From Tepidimonas sp. (GTDB lineage Bacteria > Pseudomonadota > Gammaproteobacteria > Burkholderiales > Burkholderiaceae_C), in the NCBI RefSeq assembly GCF_046292505.1, contig NZ_JBKBQX010000001.1:190909-254908 (forward strand): a stretch of DNA of 64,000 nt, read 5' to 3'. The position numbers and the translations under genes were made by a program. Of this stretch, positions 9,529 to 19,462 are shown piece after piece. Each line of letters opens with the position of its first letter. Position 1 is the first letter of the stretch. The notes under the pieces are model-generated. The model worked only from the letters and a program-made list of their open reading frames with translations. It had not been told where the DNA came from and did no database searches.

Positions 9529-9549
9529 TTACCCACAAAGTTATCCACA
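9529..9549 (+). promoter_or_regulatory. two tandem DnaA-box-like 9-mers
   Basis: TTACCCACA (one mismatch) is followed, after 3 nt, by TTATCCACA (perfect match to the E. coli R-box consensus). Both lie just downstream of a strongly AT-rich stretch at 9424-9475. Confidence 0.35.
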
Positions 9550-9713
9550 ACAACTTGGGACAAGGCCCAAGACCCCCGGTGGGTCAAGGACTTGGGCCAT
9601 CGACCTCAGATGAGGTCTGCGCATGGCCGCGCAAACCGCCCCAACCCATCCGCCCCACCCGGCCATCGATGTCCCCGCGCACGGGGAGCAGGACCATCCG
9701 CTACAGTTGGCGG

Positions 9714-10946
9714 ATGACCGCTGCCCGCCGACTCTCCGCCGCCCAGGTCCTGCTGTGCGGCGCCCTCATCGTGACCTTTTCCATGGGCATCCGCCACGGC
9801 TTCGGTCTGTGGCTGCAACCCATCACCCAGGCGCAGGGCTGGACGCGCGAAACCTTTGCCTTCGCGATGGCAGTACAGAACCTGGCCTGGGGGGTGTTCG
9901 GCATTTTTGCCGGCATGTTGGCGGACCGCTTTGGAGCCTACCGGGTGTTGCTGGGCGGCGCGCTGCTGTATGCCCTGGGCCTTGCGGGCATGGCGCTGGC
10001 CACCTCGGCGTTGGTTTTTGCGCTGACCACCGGCGTGTTGATCGGTGCAGCCCAGGCGGGCACGACCTACGCCATCATTTACGGCGTCATCGGGCGCCAA
10101 ATTCCGGCCGAGCGCCGCTCCTGGGCCATGGGCCTGGCGGCCGCAGCCGGGTCGTTCGGGCAGTTTTTGATGGTGCCAGTGGAAGGCTGGCTGATCGCCG
10201 CCTTCGGCTGGCAGGACGCGCTGCTGGTGCTCGCCGGTGCCGTACTCGCGATCGGTCCCTTGGCCTGGGGCTTGCGGGAACCGGACTTTGCCGGTGGCGC
10301 ACGGGGGGCGGCGCGCGAACAAACGATCGGCCAGGCACTGCGCGAGGCCTTCGGCTACCGCAGCTTCCAGTTGTTGATGGCGGGCTATTTCGTCTGCGGC
10401 TTTCAGGTCGTGTTCATCGGCGTGCACATGCCGAGCTATCTGAAGGACCACGGCCTGTCGCCGCAGGTGGCGTCCACGGCACTGGCGCTGATCGGCCTGT
10501 TCAATGTGTTTGGCACCTACGCGGCGGGCGTGCTGGGGCAGCGGCTGGCCAAGCGCAAAATCCTCGCCGGTATCTATCTGATGCGCTCGATCGCGATAGC
10601 GCTGTTCCTGGCCGCGCCGCTGACGCCATGGAGCGTGTACGCCTTCGCCGCCGCCATGGGGCTGCTGTGGCTGTCCACGGTGCCGCCGACCAATGCCATC
10701 GTGGCGCAAATCTTTGGCGTCGCGCACCTGTCGATGCTCGGGGGCTTCGTGTTCTTCAGCCACCAGGTGGGCAGCTTCATGGGGGTGTGGCTGGGCGGCT
10801 TGCTCTACGACCGCACGGGCAGCTACGATATCGTGTGGTGGATATCCATTGCGCTGGGCCTCTTTGCCGCCGTCGTCAACTGGCCCATCCAGGAGGCACC
10901 AATCCGCCGAGGGCCAGTGCGCATGACTGGGCCGGCCGCCCCGTGA
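9714..10946 (+). CDS. MFS transporter
   Basis: About 12 predicted TM helices, with MFS-like loop motifs (GMLADRFGAYRV, GVLGQRLAKRKI). The ATG at 9714 removes a non-protein-like Pro/Arg-rich extension. Confidence 0.85.
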   Translation: MTAARRLSAAQVLLCGALIVTFSMGIRHGFGLWLQPITQAQGWTRETFAFAMAVQNLAWGVFGIFAGMLADRFGAYRVLLGGALLYALGLAGMALATSALVFALTTGVLIGAAQAGTTYAIIYGVIGRQIPAERRSWAMGLAAAAGSFGQFLMVPVEGWLIAAFGWQDALLVLAGAVLAIGPLAWGLREPDFAGGARGAAREQTIGQALREAFGYRSFQLLMAGYFVCGFQVVFIGVHMPSYLKDHGLSPQVASTALALIGLFNVFGTYAAGVLGQRLAKRKILAGIYLMRSIAIALFLAAPLTPWSVYAFAAAMGLLWLSTVPPTNAIVAQIFGVAHLSMLGGFVFFSHQVGSFMGVWLGGLLYDRTGSYDIVWWISIALGLFAAVVNWPIQEAPIRRGPVRMTGPAAP

Positions 10947-11014
10947 CGGCTCGCAGCCCCTGCGCATTCAAGGCCTTCGCTCGACCGTTTTCAGTCCAAG
11001 AATCCGCCCCTGCG

Positions 11015-11179
11015 ATGCCCCTCGCCGCCCCGTCGCCCCAATCGCGCCCGGTCTTGCGTCCGGTCCTGCGCCTGGCCGGCTGGAGTGTGGGGCTGGGGGC
11101 GTGTGCCGAGGTGTTCGCCTGGTACCTGGAGCCGACCTTTCTGCTCACGCTGGCGGATCGGCTCTGGAGTTGCTTTTGA
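11015..11179 (+). CDS. hypothetical small protein (54 aa)
   Basis: In-frame tail of ORF 9623..11179 starting at the ATG at 11015. It has a hydrophobic core (LAGWSVGLGACAEVFAW), and its stop lies 2 nt before the methyltransferase ATG. No family recognised. Confidence 0.3.
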   Translation: MPLAAPSPQSRPVLRPVLRLAGWSVGLGACAEVFAWYLEPTFLLTLADRLWSCF

Positions 11180-11181
11180 CC

Positions 11182-11754
11182 ATGCCGCACGCGGACTTGC
11201 CCCCCTCGCCTTGGATCACCCGCTTCGAGGCGCTGTTGCCATCCCGCGCGCCGGACGGGGGCCTGCGGCGGGCGCTGGACCTGGCCTGCGGCCACGGGCG
11301 CCATGTGCGCTGGCTGGTCGCGCGGGGCTGGCACGTCACCGCGGTCGACCGCGACACGGCAGCATTGACCACACTCGCCGACCTGGGCGCGGCAGTGCGC
11401 CCGCTCCCCGCCGATCTGGAAAACGCCCCCTGGCCCCTGGCCGACGAGCGCTTCGACGCAGTGGTCGTCACCCACTACCTTTGGCGCCCCTTGCTGCCGC
11501 GCATCGTGCAGGCAGTCGCACCCGGCGGCGTGCTGCTCTACGAAACCTTCGCCCAGGGCAACGAAACCGTCGGCAAGCCGTCGCGCCCCGACTTTCTGCT
11601 GGCCCCGGGCGAACTGTTGCGGGCCTGCGCCGAACTGCGCGTGATCGCCTACGAGGATGGCTTTTTGAGCCGGCCGGACCGGTTCGTGCAGCGCATCGCC
11701 GCCGTGCGCGAGGCCACGACCACAAACGGCGCACCGCCACGCTACCCGCTCTGA
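11182..11754 (+). CDS. class I SAM-dependent methyltransferase
   Basis: Motif I LDLACGHGRH, an acidic residue at the end of beta-2 (VTAVDRD), and motif II/III-like DAVVVTHYLW and PGGVLLYETF. Confidence 0.8.
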   Translation: MPHADLPPSPWITRFEALLPSRAPDGGLRRALDLACGHGRHVRWLVARGWHVTAVDRDTAALTTLADLGAAVRPLPADLENAPWPLADERFDAVVVTHYLWRPLLPRIVQAVAPGGVLLYETFAQGNETVGKPSRPDFLLAPGELLRACAELRVIAYEDGFLSRPDRFVQRIAAVREATTTNGAPPRYPL

Positions 11755-11824
11755 CCCGGTGAGCACCACCCGAGCCGCTGGTTAGAATGTCCGCTGGACC
11801 CAACATTGGATTTGCGCACACGCC

Positions 11825-12709
11825 ATGAAGCCCATCACCGGCAGCATCGTCGCCCTCGTCACCCCCATGCACGAGGACGGCCGTGTCGATTACGACACCC
11901 TGCGCAAGCTCATCGACTGGCACATCGACCAGGGCACCGACTGCATCGGCGTGGTCGGCACCACTGGCGAGTCCCCCACGGTCAGCGTCGAAGAGCACTG
12001 CGAAATCATCCGCGTCGCCGTGGAGCAGGCCGCCGGGCGGCGGCCCATCATGGCCGGCTGCGGCGCCAATTCCACGCGCGAGGCGATCGCGCTGGCCGAG
12101 TTCGCCCGCCGGGTGGGCGCCGACTGCCAACTGCAAGTCGTGCCCTACTACAACAAGCCCACGCAGGAGGGCCTGTTCCAGCACTTCAAGGCAATTGCCG
12201 AAGCCACGGGCGATCTGCCCATCATCCTGTACAACGTGCCGGGCCGCACGGTGGCCGACCTGCAGCCCGAGACGGTGCTGCGCCTGGCCGAGGTGCCGGG
12301 CATCGTCGGTATCAAGGAGGCCACGGGCAACATCGAACGCGCCCAGTGGCTGATCCGCGCCAAGCCCGCCGACTTCGCCCTCTACTCGGGCGACGACGGC
12401 ACGGCCGTGGCGCTGATGCTGTGCGGCGGCCAGGGCAATGTCAGCGTCACCGCCAACGTCGCCCCGCGCCTCATGCACGAGCTGTGCGCCGCCGCGATCG
12501 CGGGCGACGCCCGCACCGCCATGCGCATCCAGATGCAGCTCCTGCCGCTGCACAAGCAGCTCTTCGTCGAGGCCAACCCCATTCCCGTCAAGTGGGCCAT
12601 GGCGCGCATGGGACTGTGCGGCCCGGCGCTGCGCCTGCCGATGACGCCGCTGTCGGCCCAGCACCAGCCTGCAGTCGAGGCGGCTTTGCGCGCCGCCGGT
12701 CTGATCTGA
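11825..12709 (+). CDS. dapA: 4-hydroxy-tetrahydrodipicolinate synthase
   Basis: [10 protein letters not shown]..., [18 protein letters not shown] and the GIKEATG active-site lysine motif. 294 aa. Confidence 0.95.
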   Translation: MKPITGSIVALVTPMHEDGRVDYDTLRKLIDWHIDQGTDCIGVVGTTGESPTVSVEEHCEIIRVAVEQAAGRRPIMAGCGANSTREAIALAEFARRVGADCQLQVVPYYNKPTQEGLFQHFKAIAEATGDLPIILYNVPGRTVADLQPETVLRLAEVPGIVGIKEATGNIERAQWLIRAKPADFALYSGDDGTAVALMLCGGQGNVSVTANVAPRLMHELCAAAIAGDARTAMRIQMQLLPLHKQLFVEANPIPVKWAMARMGLCGPALRLPMTPLSAQHQPAVEAALRAAGLI

Positions 12710-12743
12710 CGAACACGCCCCACCGCACGCCAAGGGAATTGAC

Positions 12744-13871
12744 ATGCCCGCAACCCACCGCCCCCGCCCCTCCACTGCGTGGCGGCTCGCGCCCCTGGCC
12801 CTGGCGGCGCTGCTCGCCAGCGGCTGCTCGGTGCTGGAAGAAGACCGCATCGACTACAAGAGCGCCAAACAGATCAACCGCCTGGAAGTCCCGCCAGATT
12901 TGACGCAACTGGCGCGCGATTCGCGCTATGCGCTGCCTGGGGCGTCGGTCACCGCATCGGGCTATCAGGCCACGGCCGCCGCCCGCCCCACTGGCACCGC
13001 CGCCCCTGCGCAAATCGGTGATGTGCGCATCGAACGAGCGGGTAACCAGCGCTGGCTGGTCGTGGACCGCGCGCCCGATGAGCTGTGGCCCGCGCTGCGC
13101 GACTTCTGGCAGGAAAACGGCTTTCTGCTCACGCTGGACCAACCGCAACTGGGCCTGATGGAGACGGACTGGGCCGAAAACCGCGCCAAGATCCCACAGG
13201 ACATCATCCGCTCCACGATCGGCAAGCTGTTCGACAACCTCTACTCGACCGGGGAGCGCGACAAATTCCGCACCCGCGTGGAGCGCAACGCTGCGGGCGG
13301 CAGCGAAATCTTCATCAGCCACCGTGGCATGGTGGAGGTCTACACCACCGAGCGCAAAGACAACACGGTCTGGCAGACCCGGCCTGCCGACCCCGAGCTG
13401 GAGGCCGAGTTTCTGCGCCGCCTGATGGTCAAGCTGGGCGTGAGCCAGGAGCAGTCCAAGGTCGCCATCGCTGCGGGCGCTCGGCCGGCGATCGCGCGCA
13501 TCGAAACGGTCGATGGCCAGCCGACGGTCGTCATCGACGAAAACTTCGACCGTGCCTGGCGCCGCGTGGGGCTGGCGCTGGACCGCAGCGGCTTTACGGT
13601 GGAAGACCGCAACCGCGCCGAGGGGACGTACTTCGTGCGCTATGTGCCGCCGGACGAGAATCCGCAGGCGCAAGAGCGCGGCTTCCTGGGCCGCATCACG
13701 GGCTGGTTTGGCAGTTCCAACACCGCGCAAAGCGCGCCGACGCGCTACCGCATCCGCGTCACCGCCAGCGGCGAACGCGCGACAGTGGTCGTGCTGGACG
13801 GCAACGGCCAACCGGACCGCTCCGCCACCGCGCAGCGCATCGCACAGCTCATCGCCAACGACATGAAATAA
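12744..13871 (+). CDS. bamC: outer membrane protein assembly factor BamC (NlpB) lipoprotein
   Basis: Lipobox LLASGC, followed by the conserved N-terminal DYKSAKQ...LEVPPDL. It sits in the conserved position directly after dapA. Confidence 0.85.
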   Translation: MPATHRPRPSTAWRLAPLALAALLASGCSVLEEDRIDYKSAKQINRLEVPPDLTQLARDSRYALPGASVTASGYQATAAARPTGTAAPAQIGDVRIERAGNQRWLVVDRAPDELWPALRDFWQENGFLLTLDQPQLGLMETDWAENRAKIPQDIIRSTIGKLFDNLYSTGERDKFRTRVERNAAGGSEIFISHRGMVEVYTTERKDNTVWQTRPADPELEAEFLRRLMVKLGVSQEQSKVAIAAGARPAIARIETVDGQPTVVIDENFDRAWRRVGLALDRSGFTVEDRNRAEGTYFVRYVPPDENPQAQERGFLGRITGWFGSSNTAQSAPTRYRIRVTASGERATVVVLDGNGQPDRSATAQRIAQLIANDMK

Positions 13872-13913
13872 ATCGGGCGGCGCAAGCGCCGCCCGGGTGC
13901 GGGTTCTGGCCCG

Positions 13914-15500
13914 TCAGACTGCCGCCGGCTCCGCCTGCGGCGCTGGGGTGCGGATCAGGTAATCGAAGGCCGACAGCGCCGCCTTGGCCCCTTCGCCCGC
14001 CGCAATGACGATCTGCTTGTATGGCACCGTCGTGCAGTCGCCCGCGGCAAACACGCCGGGCACATTGGTGTGGCCCTTGGCGTCGACCACGATTTCGCCA
14101 AAGCGGTTGCGCTCGACCACGCCGTCCAGCCACTCGGTGTTGGGCACCAACCCGATCTGCACGAACACGCCCTCCAGCGCCAGAGTCTGCTCCACCCCGC
14201 TGGCACGGTCGCGCCAACGCAGGCCGGTCACCTTCTGGCCGTCGCCTTCCACCGCCAAAGTCTGGGCCTGGGTCAGCACGGTCACATTGGGCAGGCTCTT
14301 GAGCTTGCTGACCAGCACCGCGTCGGCCTTGAGCTGATCGGCAAACTCCAACAGCGTCACATGCGCAACGATACCGGCCAAATCGATGGCCGCTTCGACG
14401 CCGGAGTTGCCACCGCCAATCACCGCCACCCGCTTGCCTTTGAACAGGGGGCCGTCGCAGTGCGGGCAGTAGGCCACGCCGCGATTTTTGTACTCGGCCT
14501 CGCCGGGCACGTTCAGGTTGCGCCAGCGCGCACCCGTGGCCAGAATCACGCTGCGGGCGCGCAGTTCGGCCCCATTGGCCAGTTGCACCCCCACGTAACC
14601 GCCCACCGCATCGGCGGGCAGCAGCGCCGCGACCGGCTGACCATTCATCAGGTCCACCTCGTAGTGGCGCACCTGCGCTTCCAGCGCGGCGGCAAACTTG
14701 GGCCCGTCGGTTTCCAAGACCGAGATGTAGTTCTCGATCGCCAGCGTGTCGTTCACCTGCCCGCCGAAGCGCTCGGCCACGATGCCCGTGCGAATGCCCT
14801 TGCGCGCGGCGTAGACCGCGGCGGCGGCACCGGCCGGGCCACCGCCGACGACCAGCACGTCGAACGGATCTTTGGCCGACAACTGGGCCGCGGCGCGCGC
14901 CGCCGAGCCCGTGTCGAGCTTGGCGACGATCTCCTCCAGCGACGTGCGGCCGGAGACGAACACCTCGCCGTTGAGCAAGACCAGCGGCACGGCCATCACG
15001 TTGCGCTGCTCGACTTCGGCCTGGAACAGAGCGCCGTCGATGACCGTCGTGTGCACGCGGGGATTGAGAATGGCCATCAGGCTGAGTGCCTGCACCACAT
15101 CCGGGCAGTTGTGGCACGACAGCGACATATAGACCTCGAAGCGGTACTCCCCGTCGAGGGCCCGCACTTGGTCCAGCACCTCGGGCGCCACCTTGGGCGG
15201 ATGCCCGCCGGTCCACAGCAACGCCAGCACCAGCGAGGTGAATTCATGTCCCAGCGGGATGGCGGCAAAGGTCAGGTCCTGCGCTCCGTCTGGCCGGCGG
15301 ATGGCGAAGGACGGACGGCGCGCATCGGCGCCATCGGTGCGCACCGTGATCTTGCCGTCGGACAGCTTGGCGATGGTGCGCAGCAGTTGCTCCAGCTCGC
15401 GGGCGCTGGCCGAGTCATCGAGCGAGGCCACGAGCTCGAACGGCTGGCTGACGCGCGTCAGGTAGGCCTGAAGTTGGGATTGCAGTTGATCGTCGAGCAT
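13914..15500 (-). CDS. ahpF: alkyl hydroperoxide reductase subunit F
   Basis: 528 aa with the N-terminal thioredoxin-like CHNCP motif, FAD/NAD folds ([16 protein letters not shown]) and the redox-active CPHCDG motif. Confidence 0.95.
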   Translation of the reverse strand: MLDDQLQSQLQAYLTRVSQPFELVASLDDSASARELEQLLRTIAKLSDGKITVRTDGADARRPSFAIRRPDGAQDLTFAAIPLGHEFTSLVLALLWTGGHPPKVAPEVLDQVRALDGEYRFEVYMSLSCHNCPDVVQALSLMAILNPRVHTTVIDGALFQAEVEQRNVMAVPLVLLNGEVFVSGRTSLEEIVAKLDTGSAARAAAQLSAKDPFDVLVVGGGPAGAAAAVYAARKGIRTGIVAERFGGQVNDTLAIENYISVLETDGPKFAAALEAQVRHYEVDLMNGQPVAALLPADAVGGYVGVQLANGAELRARSVILATGARWRNLNVPGEAEYKNRGVAYCPHCDGPLFKGKRVAVIGGGNSGVEAAIDLAGIVAHVTLLEFADQLKADAVLVSKLKSLPNVTVLTQAQTLAVEGDGQKVTGLRWRDRASGVEQTLALEGVFVQIGLVPNTEWLDGVVERNRFGEIVVDAKGHTNVPGVFAAGDCTTVPYKQIVIAAGEGAKAALSAFDYLIRTPAPQAEPAAV

Positions 15501-15625
15501 GGGGTTCTCCGGGAATGGGGGGGATGACTGGGGCAGCGTCCGACCTCCGGCCTGGGCCGATGGACACCGGGCCGGAGGGGGTCCGGCTCGGTGGCCGGAC
15601 CGCGGGACGGTTCAGACCGTCCGGA

Positions 15626-16189
15626 TCAGATCTTGCCGACCAGGTCCAGCGACGGGGCGATGGTCTTGGCGCCCTCGTTCCACTTGGCCGGGCAGACTTC
15701 GCCCGGGTGCTCGGCCACGTACTTGGCGGCCTTGAGCTTGCGCAGGGTTTCCTTGACGTCGCGCGCGATGGCGTTGTCGTGGATCTCGGCAGTCTTGATC
15801 ACCCCCTCCGGGTTGATCACGAAAGTGCCACGCAGGGCCAGGCCTTCTTCCTCGATGTGCACGCCGAAGGCGCGGGTCAGTTGGTGCGTGGGGTCACCCA
15901 CCAGCGGGAACTTGGCCTTGCCCACGGCGGGGCTGGTCTCGTGCCACACCTTGTGCGAGAAGTGGGTGTCGGTGGTCACGATGTAGACCTCGGCGCCGAG
16001 CTTCTGGAACTCGGCGTAGTTGTCGGCCGCGTCCTCGACCTCGGTCGGGCAGTTGAAGGTGAAGGCCGCCGGCATGAAGATCAGGACCGACCACTTGCCC
16101 TTGAGGGACTGCTCGGTGACTTCGACGAACTTGCCGTTGTGGAAGGCCTGGGCCTTGAAGGCGGGGACTTGGGTGTTGATCAGCGACAT
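15626..16189 (-). CDS. ahpC: alkyl hydroperoxide reductase subunit C (peroxiredoxin)
   Basis: Last 187 codons of ORF 15626..17899, from the ATG at 16189. Peroxidatic Cys in FTFNCPTE and resolving Cys in EVCPAKW. Confidence 0.95.
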   Translation of the reverse strand: MSLINTQVPAFKAQAFHNGKFVEVTEQSLKGKWSVLIFMPAAFTFNCPTEVEDAADNYAEFQKLGAEVYIVTTDTHFSHKVWHETSPAVGKAKFPLVGDPTHQLTRAFGVHIEEEGLALRGTFVINPEGVIKTAEIHDNAIARDVKETLRKLKAAKYVAEHPGEVCPAKWNEGAKTIAPSLDLVGKI

Positions 16190-16354
16190 GCTGCTTTCCT
16201 TTCGTGGTTGAAAAACGGGTTCGACCGGAGCCGGCGGGGACCGCCTGCGCGGGTGGCTTGACTCCGTGAAAACGAGCATATCATAGTTCATGACAATCGT
16301 TTTACATGATTGATAGTTTTTATTCAGCGGATAGTTGCTTTTGTTTTTGTTGTT

Positions 16355-16373
16355 ACGAATCGTTCTCATTTGT
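16355..16373 (+). promoter_or_regulatory. candidate Fur box within a sigma70-like promoter
   Basis: ACGAATCGTTCTCATTTGT matches about half of the 19-bp Fur consensus GATAATGATAATCATTATC by eye. It sits between TTGTTA (-35) and TATATAAT (-10), about 90 nt upstream of the receptor ATG. Confidence 0.4.
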
Positions 16374-16459
16374 ATATAATGGACAGCGTCGCTTGCGGCA
16401 CCTTTCCCACCGCCATCCCTTCCACGCTTGCCCATCGCGCACTCCGCCCTTTGACCACC

Positions 16460-18757
16460 ATGCCACGCTCCCGCCCCACTCACCCCTCGCCCACTCCCCA
16501 CCGCGCCACCCCGCCCACTCCCGCGCGAAGCACGGCCGCGCTTCCGCTGGGGGCGCTGCTGCTCGCCAGCGGTCTGCAGGCCGCCGCCCAAACCGCCACG
16601 CCCGCTGCCGACGCCGTGGCCGGCAGTCTGGATACCGTCACCGTGCGCGATGCAGGCGACCCGACCGAAATCCGCGCCAAAAGCACCCTGCGCGCCACCG
16701 CCACCCGATTGGGCAAGGGCCAGCAGGCCCTGCGCGACATTCCCCAGCATGTGACCGTGATGACCGAACAACTGCTGGACGACCGCAACCTCGACGACTT
16801 TCGCGAGGTACTCAAGGCAACCGCCGGCGTGACCTTCCTGGCCGGCGAAACCGGCGAGGAGGATGTGCGCCTGCGCGGCTTCTCGCTCGGACAAGCGGGC
16901 GACATCTACCGCGACGGCCTGCGCGAGGGCCAGCTCATCACCCGCGACACCTTCGCCACCGAACGGGTCGAGGTGCTCAAAGGGTCGGCGTCGATGTTGT
17001 TCGGCAAGGGCTCGACCGGCGGCGTCGTCAACCAGGTCACCAAGCAGCCATTTCTGATGGACCGGTACGAGGCGGAACTCACGCTCGGCAGCGGCGGCCA
17101 CCGCCGCGCGCAGGCCGATCTGAACCGAACCCTCGGCCCCGACAGCGCGGTGCGCCTGAATGTCATGGCTCAGAACAGCGACAACTGGGGGGCGAAGGAC
17201 GACCGCCGCGGCCTTGCCGCCAGTTGGCGCACCGGCATCGGCGGACGCGACGAGTTCCAGATCGACCTCTACCACCTGCAGACCGAGGGTCGCCCGAACT
17301 ACAACCACCCCTGGTTGCTGACGGGCAGCGCCACCGACCCCACCCGAACCATCGCGCCGGTGTTGCCGGCCAAGAATTACTATGGATTGGCCAGTGACTA
17401 CCAGAACACCGAGCAAACGGCGCTCACGCTGACCCACACCCACCGCTTCGGCCCGCAGGAGGAGCTGCGCACCACCGTGCGCCATGGCCGCTACGAGCGC
17501 GACCTGTGGGTGAGCGCCATCGTCTTCGCCCCCGCTGCGCAGCAACCGGGGGGACAGGCGGTTTCGCTCGCCAACCCGCCCACCGATGCCACGCGGCTCA
17601 ACCGCAATCCCAAGGGGCGCTATGGCCAAAGCGACATCACCCAGATCCAAAGCGACTACAGCCATCGCTTCCACACCGGGGGGCTCGCCCATCACCTGAC
17701 GGCCGGTGTGGATCTGACCGTCGAGGACGCGCGACGCAACAACAGCTTCGGCGGCGCTGCCTCCGGTCTGGGCACCACGGTGGGCACGCCCAACGATGGC
17801 GCCTGGCGGGCCGACACCCGGGGTGCGCCCCCGCTCAACACCTTCGACGCCGACAGCCTGGGGCTGTATGTCCAGGATGTGGTGACCCTGACGCCGCACT
17901 GGAAGCTCGTGGGCGGGCTGCGCTTCGACCGCTTCCGCGCGACCTACCGCGACACCGCGGGCAACACCGGATCGGTCACCGAAAATCTGTGGAGCCCGCG
18001 CATCGGCGCGCTGTACCAGCCGAGCGAGACCGCGTCGTACTACGTGTCGCTGGGACAGTCATACAACACCTCGGGGGACACCTACCAGTTCGCCCTGGGC
18101 ACCTTCGCCCCTGGTGGCACCAACGCCAAGCTGGCCAACACCCCGCCCGAAAAGAGCCGCAACGCCGAAATCGGCGCCAAATGGGAGCTCTTCCAGCAAC
18201 GCGCCAGCCTGGGCGTTGCGCTGTTCCGCGCCGAAAAATTCAACGAGCGCAACACCGACCCCGACAGCGCCGCCCAGCAAATGCTGCTGTCGGGCAAGCG
18301 CCACGCCACCGGGGTGGAAATCAGCGCGGCGGGGCGCCTGACCCCGAAGTGGGAGGTGTTCTACAACCACACCTGGATTCCGAGCGCGCGCATCGACCGC
18401 AGCAACCAGGCCCTGTCCGCCACCGGTGCAGGCGCCCAGGTCGAGGGCGACCGCCCCGCCCTCACCCCCCGGCACAGTCTGAGCGCCTGGACCACCTACC
18501 GCATCGCCCCCCAATGGCGCGTCGGCATCGGGTGGACGCACCGGGGCGCCCAAAACCCCGAGGGCCAACGCACCTACGTGGCGCCGTCCTTCACGGTCTG
18601 GGACGGTATGGTGGAGTACACGGTCGACGAACGGACCACGGTCAAGCTCAACGTCACCAACCTGACCGACAAGCGGTATGCCGATGCGCTCTATCGCGGG
18701 TTCTACACCCCCGGGGCACCGCGCAAGGTCATGTTGAGCGTCAAAACCGTGTTCTGA
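16460..18757 (+). CDS. TonB-dependent siderophore (catecholate-type, Fiu/PiuA-like) receptor
   Basis: Signal peptide ending ...LQAAAQ, plug motifs (DTVTVRD, RVEVLKGSASMLFGKGSTGGVVN), a beta-barrel and a C-terminal aromatic residue (...SVKTVF). The start at 16460 is preferred over 16310 or 16379. Confidence 0.9.
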   Translation: MPRSRPTHPSPTPHRATPPTPARSTAALPLGALLLASGLQAAAQTATPAADAVAGSLDTVTVRDAGDPTEIRAKSTLRATATRLGKGQQALRDIPQHVTVMTEQLLDDRNLDDFREVLKATAGVTFLAGETGEEDVRLRGFSLGQAGDIYRDGLREGQLITRDTFATERVEVLKGSASMLFGKGSTGGVVNQVTKQPFLMDRYEAELTLGSGGHRRAQADLNRTLGPDSAVRLNVMAQNSDNWGAKDDRRGLAASWRTGIGGRDEFQIDLYHLQTEGRPNYNHPWLLTGSATDPTRTIAPVLPAKNYYGLASDYQNTEQTALTLTHTHRFGPQEELRTTVRHGRYERDLWVSAIVFAPAAQQPGGQAVSLANPPTDATRLNRNPKGRYGQSDITQIQSDYSHRFHTGGLAHHLTAGVDLTVEDARRNNSFGGAASGLGTTVGTPNDGAWRADTRGAPPLNTFDADSLGLYVQDVVTLTPHWKLVGGLRFDRFRATYRDTAGNTGSVTENLWSPRIGALYQPSETASYYVSLGQSYNTSGDTYQFALGTFAPGGTNAKLANTPPEKSRNAEIGAKWELFQQRASLGVALFRAEKFNERNTDPDSAAQQMLLSGKRHATGVEISAAGRLTPKWEVFYNHTWIPSARIDRSNQALSATGAGAQVEGDRPALTPRHSLSAWTTYRIAPQWRVGIGWTHRGAQNPEGQRTYVAPSFTVWDGMVEYTVDERTTVKLNVTNLTDKRYADALYRGFYTPGAPRKVMLSVKTVF

Positions 18758-18775
18758 GTCCGCTGGTGCCATCCC

Positions 18776-19462
18776 ATGCTGTTGCACCTCAAAGGCGTTC
18801 TGACGCCCGAGGAACTGGCCACCGCGCGCGGGCTGCTGAGCGACGAATCCCTCTGGCTGGACGGCCGCACCAGCGCAGGCGCCCAGGCCTCGGCCGTCAA
18901 GCGCAACGAACAACTGGCGCAGGACAGCGAGGCCGCCCGCCGTCTGCAAGCCTTGGTACGGGCGGCGGTCGCTCGCGATCCGCTGTTCTTCTCGGCGGCG
19001 CTGCCGCGGCGCCTGTACAACCCGCTGTTCAACCGCTACCGCCCCGAGGCCCCCGCCTACGGCCCCCATGTGGACGGCGCGGTACTGCACTCGCATGCCG
19101 ACGACACCTGGGTGCGGACCGACCTGTCGTGCACGTTGTTCCTCAGCGATCCGCAGGACTACGACGGAGGAGAGCTGACCATCCACGACACCTACGGGAC
19201 GCAACGCATCAAGCTCCCGGCGGGCGACGCCGTGCTCTACCCCGGCACCAGCGTGCACGAGGTGACGCCGGTGACGCGCGGCGCACGCCTGGCCAGTTTT
19301 TTCTGGATCGAGAGCATGGTGCGCAGCGACGAACAACGCCGTTTGCTCTTCGAGCTGGACATGAACCTGCTGCGGCTGCGCCAGCAGTTGGGCGAAACGC
19401 GCGAGACCCTGGCGCTCAGCGGGGTCTATCACAACCTGCTGCGACTCTGGGCCACGCCATGA
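18776..19462 (+). CDS. piuC: Fe(II)/2-oxoglutarate-dependent PKHD-type hydroxylase (PiuC/YbiX family)
   Basis: [13 protein letters not shown]... N-terminus. HxD...H facial triad context (GPHVDGA ... [15 protein letters not shown]), C-terminal helical domain, and the classic position downstream of a Fiu/PiuA-type receptor. Confidence 0.9.
   Translation: MLLHLKGVLTPEELATARGLLSDESLWLDGRTSAGAQASAVKRNEQLAQDSEAARRLQALVRAAVARDPLFFSAALPRRLYNPLFNRYRPEAPAYGPHVDGAVLHSHADDTWVRTDLSCTLFLSDPQDYDGGELTIHDTYGTQRIKLPAGDAVLYPGTSVHEVTPVTRGARLASFFWIESMVRSDEQRRLLFELDMNLLRLRQQLGETRETLALSGVYHNLLRLWATP

Noticed and set aside
9421-9549. Possible chromosomal replication origin (AT-rich block plus DnaA boxes).
   Set aside because: I saw only two boxes, no array of repeated 13-mers, and none of the usual neighbours (dnaA, dnaN, rpmH, gidA, parAB). 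It is kept as a lower-claim finding (DnaA-binding or regulatory site) rather than called oriC.
13875-13894. GGGCGGCG-CAAG-CGCCGCCC hairpin between the convergent bamC and ahpF genes, considered as a bidirectional terminator.
   Set aside because: The stem is good but neither side has a U-tract. It is plausible but not supportable as an intrinsic terminator from sequence alone.
15501-15625. Hairpins in the ahpC-ahpF spacer (for example GGACGG-TTCAGA-CCGTCC at 15605-15622 on the plus strand), considered as a novel regulatory RNA.
   Set aside because: An intercistronic attenuating stem-loop between ahpC and ahpF is a common, well-known arrangement, and nothing unusual is visible.
16190-17899. 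The upstream 570 codons of the 757-aa ORF 15626..17899, and similarly the long 5' extensions of ORFs 17506..20529, 27794..30067, 38255..39445, 38614..40500, 39768..41150, 53296..55320, 59157..60497, 59918..61471 and 60370..62067.
   Set aside because: Only the 3' portions carry family motifs and begin at sensible start codons (often ATGA or GTGA overlaps). The extensions run antisense through, or overlap, other real genes.
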